DNA from: Paramecium tetraurelia
Taxonomy: Eukaryota
Assembly (NCBI GenBank): GCA_000165425.1
Contig: CT868185.1
Span: 186,001 to 250,000, forward strand
Length of the DNA: 64,000 bases
Direction: 5' to 3'
The number at the start of each line of letters is the position of its first letter. The stretch's first letter is position 1. Both the position numbers and the translations under genes were made by a program. Positions 1 through 12,314 of this stretch are shown piece after piece. Under the pieces are notes generated by a model. That model ran no database searches. It was given only the letters and a program-made list of their open reading frames with translations, and was not told the DNA's origin.

Positions 1-666
1 CTTTTTATGTAATAATTAATATATATATAGGAATGATCAAATATAAGTTAATACATAATTACTGATTCTTCCTAAATTAATATTCAGTTCAATACAGTGA
101 ACTTTATTTAAAATATTCTTTGCTCTGTAATTTAAACTAACAAGTATTTAATAAAATTTAATTCATATCATGAACTTTAGACTTTGTTATTTTTGAATTT
201 CAAATGATGCAACATCTAACATATAAAAAATAATTGTAATCTAATTATCTAAATTATTTTATATTACAATTTACAATGTTAAACATTTTTATAAATTTTT
301 TATAATGCAACCATGAGATTATTTGCAATAAACTTCTTTAACTAATTTAAGAATTTAATAAATTTCTTTGCATACTTGCTTTTCAAGTAAAAATAATACA
401 TAAAGGATTTTATGATTTTAAATATAAATATTATATATTTATGGAAATAAATTGAAAAACAGTTTGAAATACTTTATATTCTATCCGAAGTTAGTTAATT
501 TACCTTTAAGAAGTAGATGAATAAATATCAAATACATAATTAGAACAAAATATTATTATTATATTTAATTATAAAATTCATTTATAATTAAATAACAATT
601 AAATGGTTATTGGTTTATGTTGAATAACAATAATAATAAAATTATTAATTATTTTGTGTTCGTTAA

Positions 667-1248
667 ATGTTTAAGCACAAAAAATCTCCTTCACTTTTAG
701 ATACAACAAGATAATCTATTGAGAAATACAGTTTATTAACGAGTGATGTTTCAACAATTAAAAAACCATAAATCAGTCCGATTAATTTCAAAAAGATTCG
801 TACCCCTTCAACTCTTGTGGAACCGCTACAAAAAACTTCAAGGTAACTATCCTAACAAATTTCTTCTGGTGCTTTAAATGAAATTTTGACTATTAATTAA
901 AAGATAGCCGCTTTGTAATAAAGGAAGTCAGTTTTGCTTTAATAATTTTAGAGAATTGAGTATTCTGATGCTCGAAAGAGTATTCGTTATAACAAGGATT
1001 TTAATAATAAGTATTTCGATAAATAAAGCATTACTTAGATGGAAAAGAATTGGACACACTATTAAGGGTAGATGGATTAATAATATAAGTTTAATGGTAA
1101 AGGGGTTTTGTACTTTAAGAATGCAAAGGTTTTTGGAGTGTTTAAAGATGGTAATTTAGAAGGAAGAGCAACAATATTCGATTCAGAGTTTAAGATTAGT
1201 GTGGGATAATATAAATAAGGAATATTATAATAAATAGAATATCATTGA
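667..1248 (+). CDS. Small protein (193 aa) with C-terminal MORN-like repeats
   Basis: Intronless ORF in code 6 from ATG667 to TGA1246-1248. C-terminus YQGQMDQQYKFNGKGVLYF...VFGVFKDGNLEGRATIF...VGQYKQG fits the MORN pattern. Confidence 0.75.
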
Positions 1249-4200
1249 TTTTATTTTTCAGGCTCCTCTAACTCGACATATTGTAATTAATAATCGTTAT
1301 CAAATTCTTAATTATTTCCATTTAATTTTTATGAAAATTCTTGATTGTTCCTAAGGATATATTTTAATGCATCCTATGCAGCAGTTTGCTTTCTATTTCT
1401 AATTTTTTCTTCCTTAGAATATTATATATATAAATTACAATTTGCACTAATTATTGGTCCTTCTATTCTTTTTTTAAATATCGTATCATCGCATGTTTTT
1501 TGATTAAATTAATGACAATGATTTTCTAGCCGATTTGTTTAAATAGCAACTTGGCTCTTAACCTTTCATTCAAGGCCAATTTCCTAAGACATCGGATATT
1601 AGCAACTTTCTAAATATGATAATCTAAAATACTCTTTGAATTTATTCAATATTGACAAATAAGACAGGCAGAAGTACAATAAACAATTTCCAAGCCATCC
1701 ACAAAGCATATATGACATTGATGATAGCAAGCAAGATTTCAAAAAAAATGATAATTGGGGCATTTGGATCCGTATTTTGATTTTTTAGAGTTGCAATGAC
1801 TAATGCAATGTAAATAGTGCCAAAGGCAGTGAAACTCGATATTACATTAACAAAGTTTTGTCTTTTATAACCATAAGGCTAGGTGGCAAAGGAAGCTATT
1901 CCATACATCAAAACAATAATTAGACATGATTCAGCCATGTAGGTGGTGTCATAAAAGAATATTTCGATGGCAGTTTGAATTAATATCTTTTCTAAAAGTC
2001 TAACAAATTCCCAATAATAATATTTTTCAGTGAATTCTCCATTGATGTAATAATATTTGTATTTTCTTAATGGTCTTTTGTCTTTTTTCCTCATATCATT
2101 TCTAATATTATAAAGAAGCATGGCAGGGATATAAACAACAAAAAACAATAAACATGGTATAGAAATAAACAAAGTGTAGAAGAAATGTTCAGTTCCATAG
2201 CAATCTTAATTTAGGTCTGGTTTGAGATATCTCCCATCTCCAATGGATTTGCAATTCAATAATTGAAGTGTTTTCTCATAAAAACTAGGTAAATAAAATA
2301 GCCAAATGATCAACCAAGTGGCAGTGTAATAGATTCCTCTTTTAATCTTTTGATTTCTAAACAGAATCCACCATATAAACATAAAAATTACCATGGAAGA
2401 TATGGGCTTTAAAACCTCAATGATATAGTTGACATAGACCATTGGTACATAATCATTAACATTTATCATAGGGCATTCTAAAGAGAAATCAAAGATAGAA
2501 GAATCTGAAGTGTCCTAAACCTGAGATGGGATATCCACGACTATTTTGCTAACTAATGATATCTTTTAATAATAAGCAAGGAAGATCTTCAATAATGAAT
2601 TCAAATCTTTGACTTACCCTAAATTAGATCCAATTTTCTTTAAAGGTGGCAACATTTGATTTAAACATGGTAAAACACACAATATAACAACATCTTGAGC
2701 CAAGAAGAATATTGACATTGTGAAATAAAGGAAGATTCCAACACTACTTAATAATATGATGGCAATCGGCCAATCAACTTAGGAACATAAAATACAAATT
2801 GATCTGGAGTCCCTTGCATAATTGTTCTGATAATCACAAGCCTAACACATTCTACCTGTATACCCATCTCCGCATTAATCTTATGTTATACCACCTACAC
2901 AATCACTGAACTCCGGATCGCATTTGTATATTTATAAAGTAGTGATATTCTCCCTCCAATATACTGGTTCCAAATTTGTTTAAGCTCCACCAAAACACTA
3001 GATCCTGTATTTGCTTACAAGAGGACAAACTTAGCATTGACCTTTGTCTTCTGGAGTTGGTAAGTCAAAAGAGTAAAACCCTTGAGGACATTAATAGCAA
3101 ACAGTATAATTATCAAAGCTTTGCCAAATTTCACCATATAAACATTTTCTGAATACCACAAAGAATGTATAATTGTAATTGCTTACATAGTAGTACTTGT
3201 ATTTAGATAATGATTTAATTTAATCAGTAGTTATATAGAATGGATATTCGGTCTCAGGGATACCAATAGCTGTAAGATTTTACAGAGTGAAGAATCCTTC
3301 TTTGAATCTCACTTCATTATTGCCTCTACTTGGATCTGAAATACTTAAAGAGTAATTTTCTGATCCAGATGGATATATTTTTAGATAAGCTTAGTCATCA
3401 TACATAGTCTGATTATTTGATGATTTCAAAATAAATCTTAAGGGGTATTGCACAGTATCCCCACTCTTAAAGTATTTTAAAAAATACTAACCATTATTCG
3501 AATAAGGTATAAAATAATATCCCTAAACAGGCTCTAAAGATTCATCGTAAACATAGTTATTTGGCATTTCCGGATCTAAAGGACTCGTCAGAAACAAGGC
3601 TGATGGATATGAGCTTATGTTATCCCCCTCTATAAATGCTGAGTTGTTGATAAAAGTAGTGAGTTTATCAATTAATGGATTGAATACAAGTGTCTTTAAG
3701 GCTCCTCCATATTTCTAAGCAACATTATTAATAAATTAGGATTGGTTAATATATACTACAGGATTATCTTAAACCTAGTTGATATCAAATGATTGATTGA
3801 ATGAATTGATATACACACACCCTCCTGAGTCAGCTGCGATATTATTCTAAAATAGAGTATTTAGTATAGTCATTGAAGATACATTCTGCAAATCAGCAAG
3901 GATTGTACCTCCTGAACTATTTACGTAATTATGATCAAATATTAAGGAATCAAAAACGGCCCATTATTGCTTCAATGTTAAATAAAAGCAACCTCCATAA
4001 TTACCTCGACTGTCAATGCATGATCCACCAATCATGTAGCTATATGAGGTTTTTATGTAGAAACCAGAAGAAACACATTTATAATTCAGGCATTGCAACA
4101 GTTAAAATTGAGCAAACAGCATATAAACAGCTGAATCATATATTTCTACCAAACTCTTATCAGTTGAACTCTAATTCTATACAATATTTTGTAATATCAA

Positions 4201-7200
4201 GGTATCACTCTTTAGATATGACAGATTTATGTAGAATAAGTTAGAATTTTTAACAATTATATCTGAAAAAGTGCAGTAATTCAATTAGATCCAACTCTTA
4301 AACGAATAAATCAATTCTCCTTCATTTTTTTAATTTGCAAAAGTTTTAAATTAAGTAATTGTAAAATTCTATAATATCAACACACAATACTCCAAATAAA
4401 ACAATGATCCTTAAGTGATTTAGATTGAATTAAATTTTTAAGGAGTGGCTGTGATATTATTACTGTTAAAGTAATTGTCCTTAAATGTAATGTTGTATAA
4501 TGAAGCTATTATGATTGATCCATTACTGGAGTATAAGTTAGAAAATGTATTTGAAGAAAAGTAAATTGTTCTATTGAATTGATAAGGCAACACATCATCT
4601 ATGTTGATTAGACTAAGTTGTGTAATATTCAATTGTGGATAACTTATTTACTACTCTTTTTAAACAAACAAGAGACCTCCATCTTTCAGTGAGCATATTT
4701 CTAAAAAGGAGTTTTATTTAAATGTTATTGTAGTTTAATCCACTGCATTTTCTATGTAAATGGCTCCGTATCCAAATGAATAAATGTAACTTATAGTGTT
4801 ACCAACAAATTATAGTGATGGATCAATACCGTCAGCATGATACATTTATATAATAAATATTGATCCACTGTAAGAGCTGATATATGAGAATTTACTGATT
4901 TCAACAGAAAAAGAAGCACATGATATTTATGCGAAACCACCTTTTTCACTTTAAGTTCCATAATAAACTGAACCCAAAAAGTTTATTTAATTTACAGTAA
5001 TCGAATTCAAAATAATCGATTATGCATTTAAAATAAGAACACTAGTACTCAAACTATATTGAATTTGTTGAAAATTTGAAGATTAAATTAGTAATTAAGA
5101 TTAAAATCCTTGAAAGAAAAGCGCTGTTGATGAAACAATAAAATTGGAATCAGCAGCCTGCAAATTCAAATTAGTGAAATTGAATTCAGACAATTAGACA
5201 TAAAATTGCGATCTTAACTATATATTTAATCCATAACAGGTGTTTGCTAATGACTACGAAATTAAGGTTATCTAATTCATAACAACTTTTGATATTTATA
5301 TTTAACATTAGGAATTAGAGCATACGTAATCCTTTTCATTTATTATTTGAATAAACCCATCTTGATAAACCGATCCAGTATTGAAGATTATAAGGCTGAT
5401 TGTAATCTAAGGTATTTCAGCTATATTAATACTCAGTTAGGAGGGATTTGAAAAGGTGAAATTACTAATTTAGAGAAGTTTAAAAGAAGATATTAGGATA
5501 GAACTATTGTCAAATAGCATATTCTATCCTTAAAAAGCGCCTCCATTCTAAAATTGAAATGCGTAGATCTAATCTTATTACTAATACTAATTATTTTAAA
5601 GTGTTACGAATGACAAATACACATTACTCTATTAAAAAACGCTGCTTTATACATAATTAATGATTGCTGCACCTACATATTATTAGATATTATTGTTTTT
5701 AATAGTTAGATCATTAACTTGCAAGTGTGAAAAGCCATTGTTATCAATGATAATATTATTAAATAACGAACTACACAATTGATTTCCTATGAATTAGGCT
5801 GTTTATATAGTCAAAGAAAAATATTGAAATAGCTATTTGTATTATGGTTATTGGATGCATTCACAGTCTTAAACTTATAAATTCTTAATATATAAAAAGG
5901 TTGCTGTATCAATTTAGACAAGCTATTATAATTTAGATTGTGTGATTTAAATATCTTTAAGTTAAATGGTATCTACGGAGGAGGCTTGAATGAATGGTTT
6001 GGCCATATCTTAATTGCTCATTGATATTGTAAATAATTGAAAATTAGTAATTTGTTTCAATTGAAAATTATAGTAGAAATTATTATTAAATACAAGTTAA
6101 CAATTCTGCACAGTAGCTGCTATCATTTTAGATAATATGAGTATCTATTATGGTAAGATTAATGTCAGGTCTTGTAAGAATATCTATTAAAAATTTTTAA
6201 TTTCTTATGCAATAATTAAACTAGATTAGGTCGGGGAGGACCCTTTTATTTGTAAACTTACTAAATTATTTATTGATTAATCAATAATGATTCTATTCCA
6301 TATTACATTCTATTTATTTATTTATACAAATCCATTCAGATCCTCTAATTATTGTATTGTTTAGTACAAAATATAAAAATTTGTCAAGGAAATCTGTGTA
6401 TTAATATAATTCTGACTATTACTGCTGTAGACTTGAGTAAAATCGCATTAGGAATTGCCAGACTAAAAATAATCTGTAATTTGAATAGACATCACCGAAT
6501 ACTAAAGCTAAATTAGAAGGAAGTTTTGATTCAAAACAAATAATTCACTGAAATACTAGGTATCTAAGATGAATGAAGCAGTGTTATAATCATTCAATAA
6601 ATTAGAGATTGAAAATAATGAAAGCCTGTAAGAATTCTATTCTAAAAGTATCAGAAGATCTGAATAAATCTAAATTTGCTTAAATGACACTCCAATATCT
6701 TATTAATAAATATAATAATTTACTTGAAATTTACTTTACTTATTAATTACTGATTTATATAATGACTATCTACTATCCATTAGTAGCAATCTGAACTTAA
6801 GAATTTTAGGTTACAAAGTTAACATTTGAAATCGTATATTAATAATAAATCTGAAGATTAGTATTAGTTGTTGCAACACTAAATTAGCATGAATAGAGAG
6901 TGTTATCACTTAATAATAGGTAAATAGAATTAGTTGATGTAATGATTTAGAGCACATTGCTTGTCAAGGTCTGTTAATTTGTAGGGGTTAAACTAAATGC
7001 ACTATTCAAGAAACTATAACAGTAAATATTATTGTTTAACGCGTAAATGACATAAATAATGTTATTGTATTGAAATTAAGAGACTAATTAAGTAGTGTAT
7101 GAAGCAACAGTTGAAAATTAGAATTGTGATTAGATGCTATAGCTGTAACATTGATATTAAGTAAATTAGCATGTCTAAGATGTTTACGATAGAGCAACTA

Positions 7201-8452
7201 CCAACCCATTTTAATATAGTATTAGGATCAAATCCTATTGTATGATCTGGATGGCATAGTTATTGTTATTATTAACAGTTATAATTTATTGTAACTAGTA
7301 CCATTGATTATAGATGTAAATATCACTACTAGTTTAGCCAACTTCAATAATGTATTTAGATTGCAGGATAAATGATTAACTAATACTGTCAGACAGATAA
7401 TAAAATGATCTAATTTAAGTGCCAATTAAATTAGTATCTAATTGATAAATTTAGATCATCTCATTTCTGTCTTAAGGGTTATTTAAGAGTAATATTATGA
7501 GTTGATCTTCGATACTAAATTATAGTTGCTTAATGTTATTAGGACAAGTGGAAGTCCATGAATTCAGATTTCCAACACTATTTTATTTGATGTCATATTT
7601 CTGATATTAGCAAGTGCTTGAAAAAAAGATAATATAATCTTCGACCAAGTACATCTATATAGGAGTTAACTATAAATTGATTTGCTACGATGTCAATGTA
7701 ATTGTTGAAGACTTTTTATCCACCAAGTTGATAGTCAAAGTTTAAGCAAATACTGTATATAAGTTGATGGTGAATTCAGTATCGCTGACAGTCTTTGTTG
7801 AAATTTAATAAAGAGTAAATTAATCAATGGCGAAGCTTTTTAGCAGAAATTACATATTTTATGTATAGTATTCTAAGTAAGTCTAACCACCCGCAGTAGT
7901 GCCTGCAATCATAGTATCATATGCTTGGTTAACAAGAATCTGATAATTTATTAATATATTCTACAAAACCAAAGCTAAAGTTCTAATATATAGAATATCA
8001 TACATTTTGCTTTACCCAAAACAGAGTTGCTTTGGTAATCCCAGAGTATAACTTCGTTCTGATTAGTTCCAACACCTATCAAAGAATTCATTGTATATGT
8101 TGATTGCACGCTCCCCACAAAATTTAAAGAAGCCTTCACTGGATTATCTTCATCTAAACTATATACAAGCAATTCGTTATTCTAGCCCACAAAAATATTT
8201 GAGCTCTCCGTCTCCAAATATGTAACACTCTATCCGTCAGCTGTTTACTAATATTTACTTACTTAACTTAATCGATCGTAATGTTCCTGATTCCGCTTAA
8301 AGATAAACAATTGCATTCTAAACAGAAGTTATGATTTATTTGTAACCACTAGAATATACAAATAGATTCGCTTAATTATACAGATTTCCAAGGTAAAAAA
8401 CACTCGGACAATCCTAACAATACCCTAATGCAAAGATTACAAAAAACCACAT
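1242..8452 (-). CDS. Giant (~2360 aa) multi-pass membrane protein: signal peptide, beta-propeller-like N-terminus, parallel beta-helix (FxxN..GGA) repeats, Cys-rich segment, C-terminal multi-TM region
   Basis: Starts MWFFVIFALGYCQDC. Five short introns (8241-8262, 7975-8003, 6699-6723, 1610-1632, 1413-1438) keep the frame. Motifs FQNNIAADSGGCVYI, FINNVAQKYGGAL, FINNSAFIEGDNISSYP, CGDGYTGRMCQAC; hydrophobic helices at about 1700-2800 including YYYWEFVRLLEK. Confidence 0.8.
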
Positions 8453-9380
8453 TAAATAAATAATGAATTTATAAATTTTTCATTTCAAGTTCGAGTCAAC
8501 CACATTCCACTAAAATATTAATGCAATAGATAGCAAAAAAGATATATTACTTTGATTTATCTATCTTAAGAAAATGGATACATTTTCCAGATATCAAATT
8601 ATTTATTAAATATTGATTTTGACTATTAATAATTATAGATTTATTCAAGAATACAAAGTAGAATAAATACTTAGATTTATTAACTAGCTTAACATCAATA
8701 CTTATATTTAATTACCAGCTTAAATAAAAGCTTATAAATTTAATATGAATTCAATTAATAATATTAATATTTTTTGGATTCTCTAACTTATCAATAATGA
8801 AACAAAATCTTTTATTAGTATACATTTTATATTTGAAGCATATTAATCTTATTTATTGATTTTCAATAAAAAGGAAAATTTTTAATTTAGGAAATAGAAT
8901 AGTTATCAATGCATAATAAATAAAAAAAATATTAGTAGTATCCTAAATGAAGTATTACACTTTAAGGCATTTAAATGATAAAATTTAGAAGGTAAAATGA
9001 TAGTATTTAAGAGTAGGTGATATTCTAATAGGAATTTTTAATACATAATCTTAAAGAAATCAACAAATCTTATTGTAAAATCACTTAGATAATAGAAAGA
9101 TGATAGTAACCTTCAAAACTTGAGAGCATATTAAGGAATCAATGTGTCATATTCAAAAGTAATGAAAGAACAATACTAATTTTAGTGTCTCTCTAATTTT
9201 TAAAAGAGGTTTTCAATGAAGTTGAAGATGATTAATAAAGAACTAGAATATATAAAGGTAGTTATTGATGGTAATTGTAATCCAATGGTATTGCACAATT
9301 CAGTCTACTTGTTATATAGTAAAATGAAATAATTATATGTGAGAATAATTATTTTCAGTTAGTGCTTTTAAATTTAAAAT

Positions 9381-10845
9381 ATGGATTATGAAACCCTCTT
9401 CACAATTCTTCCCAAAGAACCTAAGAAATGGTCTTTGGAGGATGTATCGCAATGGCTCAATTTTGTTGGGTTATAGTAACTTCAGACAACCTTCAGTAAA
9501 TTAGCGAACCTATATTGTAGCTAAGAATTCAATCGATGGATCATGTTTGGAGTTAATTGAGGAGAATGACTTAATAGAAGATCTAGGAATTACAAATAAG
9601 ATAGTTAGAAAAAAGCTTATGCATTGTAAATACTATTAAATAATGAAAGGGCTTAAAACAGGACTGAAAGAATACGCATCACATATAAAATCAACAACAT
9701 TTGAGGACAGACGCTATGAAAAGATGGAATAGGAAAATACAACCCTTGAAAATACTGAATCTGCATAACCTCAATATGGGTAGATTAACGTCTCTCATGA
9801 TATGATGACAAATTATCTTAAAAACAATGAAATGTATTCGCAACAATTTTAGTAACCATTATGCGAGATGTAATGATGATACATAAATTCTAGTGAAAAC
9901 AAGCCTCAGTTTTAAAAAAAACAATAGACAGGCATTTTAATTGAACAGGACCTAGAAAAGTTTGTTTCAAAAGTATAAAACGAATTGATCATCCAACCAA
10001 CAGAAGGACCATAAACCAATTTCTATTGTATAAAGGAGTCAGGAGGTAAAATTGGGAGACACTCAAGCAATTAAATTTTAATATTGGAGGAGAGCATTAG
10101 TAGATTTCATGCAGAAGTGATATTTCAAAATGAAGAAGTATTTATGTATATCTAACTTAGTTTTATATCAAAGACATTGGATCGACCACAGGAACATTTA
10201 TTAAAGTCGAAACAAAATAACAATTGCAAATTGGAATGGTTGTTGAATTAGGCAGCAATCAATTTGAAATTCAACAAGTGAATGTGAATGGCGCCAATAT
10301 TGATGTAGTTATTTCATTTCAAATTAGGTTGTTATGGCAATCATCGAAGGACCAAATACTCCTGAAAAACATGTGATTAATTTGACTCCTCAAAAGAGTG
10401 TGACAACTGTTGGTCGAAAACAAACTGCTGACCTTACTTTTAGTGAAGATCATCATCTCTCTAATATCCATGCCAAGATCTGTTTGATTGATGGAAGAGT
10501 GTATTTGGAAGATATGGGATCAACAAATGGGTATCTCTTATATCAATGTTTAGATCTTGGTTAAGATTATCAAGAGAAGGTCAAGCCTCCTAGTTATATC
10601 CATTATAAAACTAAACAGTTTTTAAAATTGGAACTACATCAACCTACTTATGTAAAAGAACTACATAGTTGGTTGCTGATAGAAGTCATGAAAATAGTTG
10701 TATCATTTGCATTGAAAATGACCGAGATGCATTGTATATGCCTTGCAAACATAACACTGCTTGTTTGAAATGCAGTAAAAACCTAAAGGATTGCCCCATT
10801 TGCAGAACTAAAATTTAGGATATTATAAGAATCTATAAAAACTGA
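9381..10845 (+). CDS. SAM-FHA-FHA-RING (C3HC4) protein, putative E3 ligase (448 aa)
   Basis: SAM: KWSLEDVSQWLNFVGL..NSIDGSCLELIEENDLIEDLGI. FHA1: KIGRHSSN..ISRFHA..DIGSTTGTF. FHA2: VGRKQ..LSNIHA..DMGSTNGSW. RING: CIICIENDRDALYMPCKHNTACLKC..CPICR. Five introns of 23-25 nt restore the frame. Confidence 0.88.
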
Positions 10846-10882
10846 TATTATTATATATATATAAATATTTATACACAAAATC

Positions 10883-12107
10883 ATGGGAGTTATTTGTTCT
10901 AAACAAAATCTGAATAGTATATCCAATCCATAAAAAAGAGTGAAATTCGCAGCAGTAACTCCTATGGATGATAGTAATGAAGAATCACATCATATTGGAA
11001 TTGAATTTTAATACTAGATTTAATAAGATCAACCCAATTTTCTAATAAAAAAGTAAAAGTGGGAAGAGTACTTTCAAAACCGTTAAGATTTCATTAATGA
11101 TGAACAATATATAACACTCTTAAGATCGCCAAATGTAATTTTATAAGTTACAAGTAATCAAAAACCCCAAGAATAACAAGTCTCATCATAAATCCAGGAT
11201 ATTGCAAAGGCATTACAGGAACCATTTAAGCATTTTAATTTAGAATTATTTGATGCATATATATTGAAAGAGTTAAATGCTGTTTAATTCAACGGTTATC
11301 TTATGGATGGAACTATTCCAAAATTTAGATGGAATTGTTGGATGGCTTAAGTTTATTAAAATTCTCAATATGACTCAAATCTATATGCTTCTTTTAAAAG
11401 CTTAGCCTTTACCTGAAAAAATATAAGATGATATCAAAAAAGATTAAAATAGAACCTTCACTCGTCATTCATATTTTAAGGATCCTAATAAAGGATAGGA
11501 ATAACTATATTCTGTATTGCATGCTTTATCTATATAATATCCAGAAATAGGTTATGCTTAAGGGATGAATTTCGTAGTTGGATTTTGCTTAATAATGAGT
11601 GGAGGTAATGAGGAAGATGTATTCTGGTTTATCAATTTTATTAATTAAAACGAAAGGTTCAATTGGTGGGAAATCTATCGAGGAGAGTTTACATTCGCTT
11701 AGAATCTATGTTAAATATTTTAGGAAAATCTTTAGAGACAACTACCACAGCTGTTTAATCACTTCTAAAAGAATGGGATATTTGCATTTTAATATTTTTG
11801 GTAATGGATACTAACCCAATTTTTGTATTCATTTCCTATTGAAATAGTGATATTCTTTTGGGATTTCATTTTAGCTACTGATATCTATTCAATTCTAAAA
11901 ATAGGATTAGCATTTTTGAGAGATATGGAAAATATATTGATTGGCTATGATTTAACTCAGCTCTCAGAATATTTTAGTTATCAGACTAAGAAACAGAACA
12001 ACATAGATATTACAGACTTATTAAATAAAGCCAAAAATATTGAAATTACTATGTCAGAAGAATAAAAAACTGTTAATGCAAATTGTAAACCTAAAACACT
12101 AAAATGA
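10883..12107 (+). CDS. TBC-domain Rab GTPase-activating protein; apparent 1-nt frameshift near 11396-11400
   Basis: IKKDQNRTF (Arg finger), GYAQGMNF (Gln finger encoded by TAA), EEDVFW, FFWDFIL. N-terminus MGVICS. The 5' and 3' halves are in different frames with no normal-sized intron between them. Confidence 0.8.
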
Positions 12108-12314
12108 TTTTGATTTATTATTTTATAAATATACTTTTTTAGCTATCTCTTAAAGTACTATTAATTGATATCCTAATTACAATTTACTCAGGATATGAAT
12201 TCTAAAAGTCATTATTTTATAGATATCATTTTAGTAATCCATCTTATTTTCGAAGATTGATTTTGTTCAAAGGAATGATTTTATATTTGTTACTAATAAT
12301 AATTTAAAATTCAA

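Noticed and set aside
1..666. Possible chromosome end or telomere-adjacent region
   Set aside because: No C4A2/C3A3 telomeric repeats; only AT-rich non-coding sequence.
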